From the human T2T-CHM13v2.0 reference genome, Homo sapiens: a stretch of DNA of 64,000 nucleotides. The DNA is taken from contig CP068257.2 in the NCBI GenBank assembly GCA_009914755.4, forward strand, positions 26,688,001-26,752,000, read 5' to 3'. The translations under genes were made by a program, and so were the position numbers. Shown here in pieces: positions 40,193 to 55,200 of the stretch. Position 1 is the stretch's first letter. Every line of letters begins with the position of its first letter. The notes under the pieces are model-generated. The model worked only from the letters and a program-made list of their open reading frames with translations, searched no databases and was not told the origin of the DNA.

Positions 40193-40739
40193 CTATACAT
40201 TGATCTTTACAAGTAAGTTTCATACTCTTTATGCCATTCTGTTACTGGTTAGTATCCTTCCCTTTTGACTTGAAGAACTCCCATTAGCATTTCTTGAGAG
40301 GCAAATTGAATGGTGATGAGCTTCCTCAGTTTTTGTTAGTCTGGAAAAATTCTTATTCTTCTTTATTTTTGAAGGACATTTTTACCAGCTATGGTATATT
40401 TGGTTCATAGTCATTCATTTGTTTGTTTCTTTTAGCACTTTCAATAAATTGTCCTACTCCCATCTAACTTGCAAAGTTTCTGCTGAGAAAATTACCTTAT
40501 AGTCTTGAGGAGGTTCGCTTATATGAGACAAGACATTTTTCTCTTGCTACTTTCAAAATTCTCTTTGGCTTTCGACAATTTGATTACAAAGTGGCTACGT
40601 ATAGATTTCTTTGGGTTTATTCTTTTGGGCTTGGGTTGAGGAGGCAGATTTCTGGTCTATATATTCATTTCCTAACCCAGATTTGGCAAATTTTTAGCAT
40701 TAACTTTTAAAATATGCTTTCAGTATTCTTTTTTCCTCC

Positions 40740-41020
40740 TTCTAAGATCCCCATTTTATATATATATATACACACACACATATATATATACACATATATA
40801 CACATATATATACACATATATACACATATATATACACATATATACACACATATATACATATATACACATATATATACATATATACACATATATACACATA
40901 TATATATACATATATACACATATATCCATATATGTGTATATATGTATATATATATCCATATATATGTGTGTGTATATATATGTGTATATATATCCATATA
41001 TATGTGTGTGTGTATATATA

Positions 41021-41100
<80 letters not shown>
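40740..41100. repeat. ~360-bp (CACATATATA)n / (TATATACA)n-type microsatellite block ending in pure (TA)n; inside L1 #1
   Basis: Direct reading: 'tatatatatatacacacacacatatatatatacacatatatacacatatatatacacatatatacacatatatatacacatatatacacacatatatacatatatacacatat...tatatatatatatatatatat'. The six overlapping Y/I/C/H-rich ORFs at 40707-41183 are artefacts of this repeat. Confidence 0.9.
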
Positions 41101-41105
<5 letters not shown>

Positions 41106-43530
41106 ACTTGGTGGTGTCCCATAAGTTCCTTAATCTTTCTTCACTCTTGTTTTCTTCGGTTTTCTTTCTGCTTCTATGACTGAATAATTTTTATAACCAG
41201 GCTCTGACTTTACTAACGCTCTCTTCTATTTGATCTAGTCTACAGTTGAACTTCATTAGTAAATTGTTCAGTTCAGTTATTATATTCTTTAGTCCCATGA
41301 TTTCTGTTTGGTACGTTTTTAATATTTCCTGTCTCTTTGTTGAAATTCTCACATTGTTTATGCATTATTCTCCACACCTCAGTGAGAAATTTTAAGATGC
41401 TTATTTTGCATTATTTGCTAGATAAATTATATAACTCCATTTAATTCAGGTAGGTTTCTAGAGATTTGTCTTCCTTCTTTGACTGGAACATCATTGCCTA
41501 GTTCTCTATTTCTCTTTCCTCTCTGTGTTGCTGTCTAAATATTACATAAAATAGTCACTTCTTCCACTCTTCAAAGACTAGCCTTGTCTAGGAGAAGTTC
41601 TCACTAATCAGCCTGGCCAGAGATTCTGAAGACCTCTCGAACTGTAAGTTTTCTCAACCCACTTTCTTTATTATACTCACCCCCCAACCACCACAGGCAT
41701 CTAGAATATGCCAGATGCCATCAATACTCCAAGACAAGAAAAATAAAACCAGTTCTTCAGGAAGTCCCTGAAAAGGTTGGATTATTGGGTGCTCTAAGTC
41801 AACTCTTTCAATCCCCAAAGAGGAGCTGGGAGCTGGGATTTTTATCTGCTCACTCTGATCTGTGCAGTCAGGTGAGCAGCTGTAGTGACTAGTTGTGTGC
41901 TAAAAACCCTATGCCTGCTTTGCTCATGTTCTTATCAACTATCCTTCATCACAAAGATACATTAATGGTACTGTAGGTGTCAGTTTACATGACTGGTTTT
42001 TTTTTTCCTTCTTAGTTGTCAATTTTTGTGAGTATATAGCAGGTATATATATTTATGGGGTACATGAGATATTTTGATATAGGAATACATGCTTAATAAC
42101 CACATCAAGACAAGTGATATTCATCACCCCAAACATTTATCCTTTGTGTTATAAATAATCCAGCTATACACTTTTAGTTATTTTAAAATAGAAAATTAAA
42201 TTATTATTGCCTTTAGTCACCCTCTTGCACTATGAAATACAAGGTCTTATTTATACTTCCTAACTATTTTTTGTACCCATTAACCATACCTACTTTTATT
42301 CCATCACCAATCACTACCCTTCCCAGCCACTGGTAACCATCCTTCCACTCTCTATACCCATGAGTACAATTCTTTTAATTTCTAGCTCCCATAAATACAT
42401 GAGAACACGCAAAATTTGACTTTCTGTGCCTGGCTTATTTCACTTGACGTAATGACTTCCAAGTCATTATGTTAATGACATGTGCCATTCATGCTGCTGC
42501 AAATGACAGGATCTTATTTGTTTTAATAGCTGAATAGTACTCCTTTGTATATATGTACCACATTTTCCTTATTTATTCATCTGCTGAGGGACACTTAGTT
42601 TGCTTCCAAATCATGGTTACTGTGAATAGTGCTATAATAAACATGGGAGTGCAGATATCTATTCAATCTGTTAATTTCATTTCTTTTGGATATATACCTA
42701 GCTGTGGGATTGTGGGATCATACAGTAGCTCTATTTTTACTTTTTTGAGGAAACTTCAAACCGTTCCAGTAGTGGTTGTACTAATTTACATTCCCACTAA
42801 CTATGTACAAGGTCTCCACCTTCTTACTAGCATTTGTTTCTGCCCATTTTTTTTTTTTTTTGGATAAAAGCCATTTTTACTGGATGAGATGATATCTCAC
42901 TGTAGTTTTGAGATTTGCATTTCTCTGATGATCAATGATGTTGAGCACCTTTTCATTCACCTGATTTTTATTTGTACATATTCTTTTGTAAATGCCTATT
43001 CAGATCTTTTGTCCATATTTTAATCAGATTATTAATTTTTTCCTATAGAGTTGTTTGAGCTATTTATGTATTCTGGTAACTAACAATTGGACAGATGGAT
43101 AGTTTACAGATATTTTCTACCATGCGATGGGGTTATCTCTTCACTTTATTGACTGTATCTATTGCTGTGGAGAAGCTTTTTAATTTGATGTTATGCCATT
43201 TGTCTATTTTTGCTTTGCAAACTGTTTGTGGGGCATTACTCAAAATCTTTACTTAGCGCAATGTCCTGGAGAGTTTCTCAAATGTTTTCTTGTAGTCGTT
43301 TCATAGATTGAGGTCTGAAATTTAAGTGTTTAATCCATTTTGATTTGATTTTTTTATATGGCAAGAGATAGAGGTCTAGTTTCATTCTTCTGCATATGGA
43401 TATCCAGATTTCCCAGCACCATTTATTGATGAGACATTTATTTTTCCATTGTATGTTCTTGGTGTCTTTTTTTAAAATGAGTTTGTTTTGGGTTCTCTAT
43501 TCTGTTCTATTTGTCTACGTGTCTGTCTTT

Positions 43531-43843
43531 GTTTATTCGTTTGTTTGTTTGTCTGTTTTTGGAGACAGAGTCTTGCTCTGTTACCCAGCCTAGAGTGCAA
43601 TGGCAAAATCTCAACTAGCTGCAAACTCTGCATCCAAAGTTCAAGCAATTCTTGTGCCTCAGCCTTACAAGTAGCTGGGTTTACAGGCATGTGCCACCAA
43701 ACCTGGCTAATTTTTGTATTTTAGTAGAGACGGGGTTTCACCACGTCGGCCAGACTGGTCTCGAACTGTTGGCCTCAAGTGATCCACCAGCCCTGGGCTC
43801 CCAAATTCTTGGGATAACAGTAGGCATGAGCCACTGCACTGGG
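43531..43843 (-). mobile_element. Alu SINE (diverged, older), minus orientation, with a (CAAA)n-type tail (reads (tttg)n on the plus strand); nested in L1 #2
   Basis: 'tttgtttgtttgtctgtttttggagacagagtcttgctctgttacccagcctagagtgcaatggcaaaatctcaactagctgcaaactctgcatccaaagttcaagcaattcttgtgcctcagccttacaagtagctgggtttacaggcatgtgccaccaaacctggctaatttttgtattttagtagagacggggtttcaccacgtcggccagactggtctcgaac...gcatgagccactgcactggg'. TSD 'tctacgtgtctgtctt' (43514-43529) / 'tctatgtgtctgtctt' (43844-43859). Confidence 0.85.
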
Positions 43844-46149
43844 TCTATGTGTCTGTCTTCATGCCAATATTAATGCTGTTTTGGTCACTATAACTCTAAT
43901 ATTATTTGATGTCAGGTAATAGGATTCCTCTAGTTTTGTTCTGCCTGCTCAGAATAGCTTTGGCTATTCTGAGTCTTTTGTGGTTCCATATAAATTTTAG
44001 GATTATTTTTTCTATTTCTGTGAAGAATGTCATTGGTATTTTGAAAGGGATTGCATTGAATCTGTAGATTGCTTTGGGTAATATGGACTTTCTAACAATA
44101 TTGATTCTTGAAATTCATGAACATAGAATATCTTTCCATTTTTGTGTGTTACTTTTTTATTTCTTTTTCAGATTAATCACTTTTGGCATATAAAAATACT
44201 ACTAATATCTGTATATTGATGTTGTATCCCATGATTTACTGAATTTATTAGTTCTCATCATTTTTTATTTGCTGCAGTCTTTATTTTTTCCAAATATAAG
44301 ATTATATATGCATATAAGGATAATTTGACTCCTTCCTTTCCAATTTGGACGCTCATTATTTCTTTATCTTGTCTGATTGCTCTAGCTAGAACTTCCAGTA
44401 CTATGCTGAATAACAGCAGTGAAACTGGGCATCCTTGTCATGTTCTCAATCTTAGAGAAAAGGTTTTCAGTTTTTCCCCATTCAGTATGATACTAGCTGT
44501 GGATCTGTCATATATGGCTTTTATTATGTTGAGATATGTCCTTTCTATACTGTTTTTTTAGGGTTTTTATTATGAAGGGATGTTGAATTATATCAAATGC
44601 TTCTCCAGCATTAGTTGAAATTATCATATTGTTTTTGTCTTATTCTGTTGATATATCAAATTGGTTGATTTGCATATATTGGACCATCCTTGCACCTCTG
44701 AGATAAATCCCACTTGGCCATGATAAATCATCTTTTTGATGTGTTATTGAGTTCAGTTTGCTAGTGTTTTGTGAAGCATTTGTGAATCAAGATTCATCAG
44801 GGATATTGGCCTGTAGTTTTGTTTTTTTTTTTAAATGGGTCTGTCTGGTTTTGGTATCAAAGTAATTCTGGGCTCATAAAATGAGTTTGAAAATATTCCC
44901 TCTTCTTCTGTTATTCTAAATAGTTTGAGTAGTATTGGTATTCTTTAAATGTTAGGTAAAATTCAGCAATGAAGTCATTATATCTCAGGCTTGTCTTTCC
45001 TGGGAGATGTTTTATTATCATTTTGATCTCATCACTTATTATTGGTCTGTTCAGATTGTAAATTTCTTCACGGTTCAATGTTGGTAGACTGTATGTGTCT
45101 AAAAATTTATCCATTCCTTCTAGATATTCCAATTTATGGGTATATAGTGCTCAAAGCAGCCTCTAATAATCCTTTAAATTTCTGTACTATTGGTTGTAAT
45201 GTCTCCTTTTTCATCTCTAATTTTATTTGGGTCTTCTCTCTTTATCTTAGTCTGGCTAAAGGTTTGTCAATTTTGTTTAACTTTTCAGAAAACCAACTTT
45301 GATTCATTTTATTAATCTTTTGTATTGTTTTCTTCATTTCTTCATTTTAATTTCATTTATTTATGTTCTGATCTTTACTGTTTCTTTTCTACTACTAATG
45401 TTGGGTTTGGTCAGCTATGGCTTTTCTAGCTTTTTAAGATGCATAATTAGGATGTTTAAAGTTTTTCTGCTTTTTTATGTAGGCCCTTATAGCTATAAAC
45501 TTTCCTCTTAGTATTGCTTTAACTGCATACCATAGGTTTTAGCATGCTGTGTTTCAATTATTGTTTGTTTGTAAAAATGTTTCAATTTCCTCCTTAATTT
45601 CTTCACTGAACCACAGGTCATTCGGGAGCATAATGTTTAATTTCCACGTATTTGTATAGTTTCTAAAATTCCTCTTGTTATTGATTTACTATTTTTATTA
45701 TTTATTACTTTTTATTTCATTTGGTCAGAGAAGGTATTTGATTTTTTTTTAATTTTTAAAGACTTAATTTTTTTGGCCTAATATATAGTCTATCATTGAA
45801 AATGCTCCATGTGCCAAGGAGAAGAATGTGCATTCTGCAGCTGTTGGATGATATTTTCTGTAAATATTTATTAGGTCCATTTGGTCTGCAGTGTGGATTA
45901 AGTGCAAATTTCTTTGTTGATTTTCAGTCTCGATGATCTGTGCAATGTGAAAGTTGAGTGTTGAAGTCTTTAGCTATTATTATGTTAAGGTTGATCACTC
46001 TCTTTAGCTCTGACAATACTTGCTTCATATATCTAGGTGTTCCTGTGTTGGCTGCATATACATTTACAATTATTGTATCCTCTTGGTAATTTTATCCTGT
46101 TGTCATTATATAATGGTCTTCTTTGTATTTTTTTACAGTTTTTGTCTTA

Positions 46150-46250
46150 AAATCTATTTTATCTGATATAAAATAGATTTATATCTGATAAATTTATATC
46201 TATTTTATCTGATATAAAAAATCTATTTTATCTGATATAAAATTATATCT
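46150..46250. repeat. Local tandem triplication of a ~20-45-bp L1-derived unit ('ctattttatctgatataaaa')
   Basis: 'ctattttatctgatataaaa' occurs at 46154, 46200 and 46223. The parental L1 sequence ('aaagtctattttgtctgatataagtatagc') carries it once. Confidence 0.8.
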
Positions 46251-46393
46251 GACTTGCTCTTTCGTAGTTCCCATTGGCATGGAATATATTTTTCCATCTC
46301 TTTATTTTCAGTCTACTTGTGTCTTTACAGGTGAAGTGCATTTCTTCTAGACTATAGATCATTGGGTCTTGTTTTCTTTTTTCTTTTCTGTTC

Positions 46394-46679
46394 TTTTTTT
46401 TTAAGACAGAGTCTCCCTCTGTCACCTCAGCTGGAGTGCACAGCATGATCTCAGCTCACTGCAACCTCCACCTCCTGAGCTCTAAGCAATTCTCCTGCCT
46501 CAGCCTCCAGAGTAGCTGGGACTAAAGGCACCCCCACGCCTGGCTAATTTTGTATTTTTAGTAGAGACGGGGTTTCATCATGTTGGCCAGGGTGGTCTCA
46601 AACTCCTGACCTCAGGAAATCCACATGCCTCGGCCTCCCAAAGTACAGGGACTACATGCGTGAGCCACAACACCTGGGC
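46394..46679 (-). mobile_element. Alu SINE, minus orientation; nested in L1 #2
   Basis: 'ttttttttaagacagagtctccctctgtcacctcagctggagtgcacagcatgatctcagctcactgcaacctccacctcctgagctctaagcaattctcctgcctcagcctccagagtagctgggactaaaggcaccc...cccaaagtacagggactacatgcgtgagccacaacacctgggc'. TSD 'gggtcttgttttctt' (46366-46380) / 'gggcttgttttctt' (46677-46690). Confidence 0.85.
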
Positions 46680-47171
46680 TTGTTTTCTTATCCATGAGTC
46701 TATGTCTTTTAATTGAAGAGTTTAGTTCATTTATATTTAATGTTATTCTTGATAAGTAAAGTCTTACTCCTGTAAGACTTCTTTTGTTTTGTTTTGTTGT
46801 TGATTTTCTGGGTGTTTTTTTGTGTGTTCTCTTCTTTCTGATTTTTCTTCCTGTTTTCCTTTTAGTAGAAGTGATTTTCTCCAGCAGACTATTTTAATTT
46901 CTTGTTCATTATTTTTTGTTCATCTGTTGTGTGTTATTTGATTTGCAGTTACCATAGAGCTTGCAAATAAAATTGTATAACTTATTATTTTAAACTGATA
47001 ACAGCTTAACACTGATGGCATAAATCAACAAATGAAATAACAAACAAGCAAAATACTAATGAAAATTCTATAAATTTAACTTCATCCTCCTACTTTTTTG
47101 TGATGGATATTTATGATGGGTTTTATCATATAATTTCTATATTTTTATTAAAATTTTAATTTCCATGATTA

Positions 47172-50100
47172 GTTTTTTTATTAAGATTTTTTTAAATTTC
47201 AATAGCTTTTGGGGTACAAGTGGTTTTCATTACATGGATGAAATTTTTAGTGGTGAATTCTGAGATTGTAGTTCACCCATCACCAAGTAGGGTAGACTGT
47301 AGCTAATGTGAAGTTATTTATCCCTATTACCCCTCTTAGTCTCTAAAATCCATCATATCACTCTGTATGCCTCTGCATGCTCATAGCTTACTTCCCACTT
47401 ATAAGTGAGAAAATACAATATTTTGGTTTCTACTCCTGTGTTACTTCATTTAGAATAATGGCCTCCAGCTCCATTGAAGTTGCTGCAAAAGACATTATTT
47501 CATTTCTTTTAATGGCTGAGTGGTAGTTCATGTGTGTATATAACACATTTTTTTATCCACTCATTAGTCAATGGGCACTTAACTTGGTTCCACATCTTTG
47601 TAATTGTGAATTGTGCTGCATTTGCAAATGTCTTTTTCATATAATGACTTCTTTTCCTTTGAGTAGATACTCAGTAGTGGGATTGCTGGATTGAATGGTA
47701 GATCTACTTATAGCTCTTTAAGGAATCTCCATGCTGTTTTCCATAAAGGTTGTACTAATTTACACTCCCACCAGCAGTTTGTAAGTATTCGCTTTTTCCC
47801 ACATCCATGGCAACATCCATTGCTTTTTGACTGTTTAATAATCGCCTTACTTGCAGGAATAAGGTGGTATCTCACTGTAGTTTTAATTTGCATTTCCCTA
47901 ATGATTAGTGATGTTGAGCTTTTTTTTCATATGTTTGTTGGTAATTTGTGTATCTTCTTTCAAGAAATGTCTATTCATTTCCTATGCTCACTTTTCAAAG
48001 GAATTATTTGATTTTTTTCTTGGTGTTTGAGTTCCTTACAGATTCTGGATACTAGTTCTTTGTCAGATGCATAGATTGCAAATATTTTCTCGTATTCTGT
48101 GGGTTATCTGTTTACTCTGGTGAGTATTTCTTCTGCTGTGCAGAAGATTTTTCATTTAATTATCTCTCATTTATTTCTTTTTGTTTTTGTTGCATTTACT
48201 TTGGGGGGTTTAGTCATGAATTCTTTACCTAGGCTGACATCTAAAATAGTTTTTCTAACATTGTCTTCTAGAAATTTTATGGTTTCAAACCTTACATTTA
48301 AGTCTTTGATCCATCTTAAATTTTTTTATATGGTGAGAAATAAGGATACAGTTTTATTCTTCTATGTGTGGCTTGCCAGTTATCCCAGCACCATTTATTA
48401 AATGGAGCGTCCCTTCTCCAATTTGTGTTTTCATATGCTTTGTCAGAGATCAATTGGTTGTATGTATTTGGCTTTATTTCTCCATTATCTATTCTGTTCC
48501 ATTGTTCTATGACTCTATTTTTATACCAGTACCATTCTGTTTTGGTAACTATAGCCTTGTAATACAACTTGAAGTCAGATAATGTGATGCCTCCAGATTT
48601 GTACTTATTGCTTTTGATTGTTTTGGTTATTCTGGCTCTTTTTTCATTTCATATAAATTTTAGGATTTTCTAATTCTGTGGCTACTAATGTTGGTATTTT
48701 GATGGGAATTGCATTAAATCTGTAAATTGCTTTGGGTAGTATGGCCATTTTCACAACACTGTTTCTTCCAATCCATGAGCATGGAATGCCATTCCATCTG
48801 TTTGTGCCATCTGTGATTTCTTTCAGTATTTTTTTTTAGCTCTCTTCTTAGAGATCTTTCACCTGTTTGGCTATTTCTAGGTATTTTATACTCTCTACAG
48901 CTGTAGTAAAATTTATTGAGTTCTTGATTTTATTCCCAGCTGGGTTGTTGTTGATATATAGCAGTGTTACTAATTTGTGTACGTTGATTGTGTAACCTGA
49001 GACTTTATTAAATTTGTTTTTCAAATCTAAGAATCTTTTGGAGGAGTCTTTAGAATTTTCTAGATGTACTACACTCATATCGTCTATAAATGGCAGTAGT
49101 TTGACTTTCTCTTTTTCAATTTGGATGCCCCATATTTTTTTCTTGTTTAATTGCTCTTTTTAGTACTTCCAGAACTATGTTGAATAGAAATGGTAAAAGT
49201 GGGTATTTTTGTCTTTTCTGGTCTCAGAGACCAGAATTTCTCAGAGAAAATGCTTTCAACTTTTCCCATTCAGTATGATGTTGACTGTGGGTTTGTCATA
49301 TATGGATTTTATTATTTTAAGATAGGTTCTTTCTATGTCTAGTTTGTCGAGAGTTTTTTTTTTTCATAAAGGAGAGCTAAAATTTGTCAGTCACTTCTGC
49401 ATCCATTGAGATGATCATATGGTTTTTGTTTTTAATTCTGATGATGTGATGTATCACATTTTTTAACTTGCATATATTAAACCACCTCTGCATCCCTTGG
49501 ACATAACCCACTAGATGATTTTGAATTATCTTTTTGATGTACTGCTGGATTCAGTTAGCTAATATTTTGTTGAGGTTGTTTGCCTCTATGTTCACCACAG
49601 AAATTGGTCTGTAGTTTTCTTTATTTTATTTTTTGTGTCATTCCTGGTTTTAGTAACAGAGTGACATTAGCTTCATAAAATGGTTTAGGGATGATGTCTT
49701 CTTTCTCAATCTTTTGGAATAGTTTCAGTAGGATTGCTACTAATTCTTTAAATGTCTGGTAGAATTCACCTGTGAATTTATCTGGTCCTGGGCTTTTATT
49801 AATCGGCAATTTTTAAATTACTGGCTCAAGCTTGCTGCCTCTTATTGATCTGTTCAAAGTTTCTGTTTATTCCTGATTTAATCTGAGAGGGTTGTATATT
49901 TCCAGGAATTTGTCCATTTACTCTAGGTTTTCTAGTTTGTATGAAAAAAGGTGTTCCATAGTGGTCTCAAATGATCTTTTGTATTTCTGTGGTGTTGATT
50001 GTAATGTCTCCAGTTTCACTTCCAATTGAGTTTATTTGGATCTTCTCTGTTCTTTTCATTGTTAATTTAGCTAATTGTCTATCACATTTGTTTATTTTTT

Positions 50101-50760
50101 CAAAAACACAGTTTTTTCTTTCATGGCTTTTTTGGGTTTTTTTTTAATTGTTGTTTGAATTTCATTTAGTTCTGCTGTGATCCTTGTTATTTCTTTTCTT
50201 CTTCTAGTTTTGTTTTCATTTGTTTTTGTTTCTCCAGTTCCTTGAGGATGACATTAGGTTGCCAATTTGTGTTCTTTCAGACTTTTTGAGGTAGGCATTT
50301 AGCACTATAAACTTTCCTCTTGGCAGTGCTTTTGCTGTATCCCAAAGGTTTTGATGCCTATGATGGTGGACAAGGTGGGAAAGACTTCCTCTTCTTAAGA
50401 CCCTTCACATGCACCAGGGCTTTCTAACTGTTGGGGTAGAGCTGAAGACTTTTCCTGCTCAACCCAGCACTTTAACTGTGCCACTGCTGAAAGAAGCTTT
50501 CCACCAGCAGAAAGACCTAGTGCTCAAGGCCTGCCACTCAGATTATTTTGTCCCACATGGTGTTCCCTTCATGTGGTGCACTCCTCCCTCCTCTAGAGTA
50601 CTGTGAGTGTTGTTGCTCCTCTGGGTCTAGCTACCCAGTGAAGCTGCAACACTCCAGGCTGGTGCTGGGGAATGTTTGCAAGGGGTCCAGTGATGTGACC
50701 TGTCTGAGGCAATATCTTTTGTGTATGTGGGGTTTCTGGTGTTTTGAAATAGTTCTACAA
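47172..50760 (-). mobile_element. L1 LINE #3, older family (L1PB/L1MA-like 3' end), minus orientation, internally deleted; ends in the 5' region
   Basis: Starts with a T-rich tract (antisense A-rich tail) and the antisense older-L1 3' end 'caatagcttttggggtacaagtggttttcattacatggatgaaatttttagtggtgaattctgagattgtagttcacccatcaccaagtagggtagactgtagctaatgtgaagttatttatccctattacccctcttagtctctaaaatccatcatatcactctgtatgcctctgcatgctcatagcttacttcccacttataagtgagaaaatacaatattttgg'. Minus ORFs are ORF2 fragments: 47708-47893 ('MQIKTTVRYHLIPASKAIIKQSKSNGCCHGCGKKRILTNCWWECKLVQPLWKTAWRFL'), 48316-48567 ('[26 protein letters not shown]...[28 protein letters not shown]'), 48848-49078 ('FNKVSGYTINVHKLVTLLYINNN') and 49621-49809 ('[53 protein letters not shown]'). 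Confidence 0.75.
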
Positions 50761-51552
50761 TGAACACTTGTTAGTTTTGTCATCAGAAATAAATTCTTTC
50801 AGTGTAGTGCAAGTAAGTTCTATGTTTTCAGGCATTTCCTCAGCCTCTGTCTGCAAGTTAATCTAAAAATGTGAAGGATGTTTGTATTGGCAGATTGAGA
50901 TGTGAATTGTGCATACAAAGGTAGGAAAAGGTAGAAATTATGTTAATCCAAATGTCTTTGTGGAAAAGTAATAACCTGTGGCATGAGACATGCCTTCAAA
51001 GTTAATTAGGTAATTATTAGCCTAAAGAAGCAAAAGGTCAAAGTTGAATAGTTTTAGCGATAAAGCTTAAAAGATTCATTAACAGAAAATGAACACAGGA
51101 AGTTCCAGAACTAACTATGAATCCCTGGTTCTTATAACTAAAAAGGTCATCTTCTGATCGTTTAACTAATGTTCCTCCATCCAAAATAATGAGGAAGACA
51201 ATTTTGCTCTGCTCCCCAACGCATGTAAATAACATAATGTCAGAGTGAAGAGGTTAAAAATTAACATTTTCTAGTTGCATTTAGTGAAAATGTTTAATTT
51301 TCAAAATCAGTGAAACAAAGGTAGAATGCATAAGAATTTGAAACCAATTGGAAAGGAGAGTTCTGTCAAAGTCAATACTGAATCCTCTGGTTGACTGAAG
51401 AATGGTAGTGCCGATAACAAAAATTCATAATAGCATTTCAGAGACAGAAAGAGAGAGAGAAGTGCCACAAGGCAGAGACCGTTTCAAGAGAAGAAACGCT
51501 GACTTTTGTTTGGTTTGTGTTAAGAATGCCCACATAGAAATACACAAAAGGT

Positions 51553-52273
<721 letters not shown>

Positions 52274-55200
52274 TTAGAATTTACAGGAACTATTCAAGCA
52301 GGTAAGAACAAGTTGGATATCATCCACAGCAACCTGATCACTGAAGCAATGCCCTAAACTTCTACAGATTCATGAAAACTAATAGATCACAGATAGGGAG
52401 GGAGTAGCAGCAGAATTCAGAGAGCTTGTTGAGACAGATGCAGGGGGAAAGAATTTTAGGGAATAGAATTTGAAAGAGGAAAAAAGTAAACAAAAAATGA
52501 GAAAAAATATTTTGGAAAAACAATACGTAAGAGATACAGCACAAGTTAGTAGAAGAGCTGATCAAGATAGCTTTATTGCCCCTGGAAAACATCTGAAACC
52601 ACAAAAAAAAAGGAGCAGAGAAATATATTTTTTAAATTGTGACATTATCCAAGACTGGATCTTGAGTGAAGAGCAGTAAAATATTAAGGAGGCTGCTTTA
52701 TGTTGTAGAAAATACATAGATTTTGGAAGCAAATATACCTGTGTTTGAATATTGACCTGGAAGACTTTGAATCTTGAAACTCTTTGAGCTTCATCGTTCT
52801 TTCTGTGTAAATTAGAGAGGACTATACTTAGGTCACACAATTATTTTGAAAAGTTCAATGAATACAAACACATAAAATTCAAAGCATGACGCAGGACACA
52901 TAGTTGTCATTCAATAAATGTTACCTCCCTTCAAGGATATAGGTGCTATTATTAACCATAAATTACAGATAAAGAAACTATTTATAACATACAGTGCTTG
53001 TTCATTCAACTGATACTTACTGAGCCTCTGCTATGTGGCAACGTATGGTTGAATTGCAAGGCAAATGATCCTACACAATCTTCTGGCAAGGAAAGGCAAA
53101 TAATAAACAAAAAAGTAAATACAGATATCATATAAAGATGAGTGCAATTCAGAAAAAAAACAGCATGGTTTTATAAAGGTATCTGGGTGGCTAGCTTAGG
53201 TTAGGTTGTCAAAATGCTTCACCAAAGAGGTAGGAAGAAGGAATCAGGCAGCCATGTGAAGATTAAGATGAGGGCTATTCCAGGAAAGGTCAACAGCCAG
53301 AGTAAAGGACTTAGGAAGAGTATGACACAACTGGCACATCCAAGGAACCCAAGGCATGTTTAGTCCAGCCAAGGGTTTTCAGTGGGTGAGGGGAAGAGTG
53401 GTACCAGGGAAGTCAGAGTGGCCAGATCACATAGGGCTTGGTAAGCCAGACAAAGTAGCATGGGTGTTAGTCCACATGAAATTGGGCAGCATTGGAGTGC
53501 TGTAAGCAGGCCACTAAAATAATCTGATTTTGTATTTTTCAAAGATCCCTCTGACTACTGGGTGAAGAAAAGACTGCTAAGGGCTAAAAGCCAAAGGAGG
53601 ACACACATCAGGAGGTCATTGTGTTCATGTTTAGAGGAGAAACAAGGACTACTTAAGCAAAAGAAGTAGGGCTGCAGAGGAGCAGGGGAAGACACATCTT
53701 TGGGGTATGCTTAACAGAACCTGCCACCATATTAGATGTGTGGGAAAGATAAGTATCAAGGGTAACACTTGGATTATTGTTGGGTACAAGTGACTGCAGG
53801 GGTGCCAATTGACCAGATCAGAAAGCAGAAAGTTGGGGGGCAGAGAGGAGAGGACAAATGGGTGGAGAGAAGATGCTAGATACGCAGTTGGATGAATATA
53901 CCTTGAAAAGTTTTGAGGAGATTCAGAAACAGCAATTTAGAACAAATTTCAAACCATAGGATGGAATGAGAACTCTGAGGGAGAGTATACAAAACTGGGA
54001 GAGAAGAAATCCCAGCATTCCCCCAGGGCATGTCACCCTTTCAAGATCACACAAAAAAGGAATAGGAAACTGTGAAAGAGGAGAAGAATAGATAAGTAAA
54101 GCAGAAGGAAATTCAGAAAAGTGTAGAATCAGGCAAGCCAGGAGAGGAAGATGTTTCAACAAAGGGGCCATTCTATTCAGTGCTGAGATAATAAAGTATC
54201 TATAATAATTCAAAAGGTGAGTCCATTGAATTTGAAAGCATAGAAGTTATGGATGACCTTGATAAGAAGAATTTTTGTGAAAGGATGAGAACTGGAGGCC
54301 AAATAAGATTTTGTATCATTTTCCTACATAGCAACATAGCCTAGGCATGCCCCCCCCATATTAAATGTCAGCAAAGGAATGACTTAAAATACTGTATTTA
54401 TTTTCTTTATACAATTATGTTTAAATGTTTTTCATGCATAATTTTGTTTAATCAAAAATGTTTATATTCTACTTTAAATCTTTTTCTTTTCCTTATTTTT
54501 TCTACCTTTCATTCAATATCAGCTCTCCTCTGCCACAAGGTAGTCCACATTGCAATGCAGTAGTGATCTTCAATATTTTCCCTGTGCCTAGTCTTATTTA
54601 TGTACATAGATGCATACTTGTATACAGATATATAGGGCCTGGATTTTTGTCCATATATTGTTTTACCTAAATTGAATCATACCATAAATACTTTCTGAAT
54701 CTTGCTTTCCACTCACCTATATCTCACAGAAACCCTGAGTCAACTGGTATAGCTTAAATCCATTCTTTTTTAACGGTTGGGTTATATTCTAGATGTGAGT
54801 TTGCTATAGTTAAACTTCCCTCTATAGACTAGCATTTACTTTGTTTTCAATCAAACACATGATGATTAATGGTGCCAAACTACATCAAAACTTTATTAGC
54901 ATTATAATTCCCTTTATTTGAATGTTTATGTCTTTAGCACATTTTTATTTTTATTTTAAAAAATGCCTGTGAATATTCACACATAAATCTTTCACATATC
55001 TCTAATTCTTTTCTTAGGATAGATGCTTAGATATAAAGATGAAAGGCTTGGGTATAAAAAACATTTTAAGAAATCTTGACAATGGTGCTAAATATCTTTC
55101 TAGAAAAGTAGAAATTTGTATTCTTACAGAAGATGAGAGTGTTAAGACCACTGTTCCACGCCGTCAGAACTCATCTGAGCATTATCTGAAGCAACTATGC

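Larger units (their letters stand above)
41995..47150 (-). mobile_element. L1 LINE #2, minus orientation, 5'-truncated near the ORF1/ORF2 junction; carries two nested Alus
   Basis: Begins with a poly-T (antisense A-tail) and the antisense L1 3' end: 'ttttttttttccttcttagttgtcaatttttgtgagtatatagcaggtatatatatttatggggtacatgagatattttgatataggaatacatgcttaataaccacatcaagacaagtgatattcatcaccccaaacatttatcc...'. It continues through the antisense ORF2. The minus ORF 44911-45132 gives '...[28 protein letters not shown]', the ORF2 EN/RT junction 'KKSPGPDGFTAEFYQ'. It includes the antisense RT region 'ccattcagtatgatactagctgtggatctgtcatatatggcttttattatgttgagatatgtcctttctatac'. Confidence 0.85.

Noticed and set aside
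40707-41183. Six overlapping ORFs of 67-136 aa rich in Y/I/C/H
   Set aside because: They are translations of the (CACATATATA)n/(TA)n microsatellite.
53000-54300. Possible ancient repeat containing the widespread 'ttcattcaac...tactgagc.tctgctatgtg' motif
   Set aside because: That motif occurs in several unrelated mammalian repeat families. I could not align the region to any consensus from memory, so it is left unannotated.
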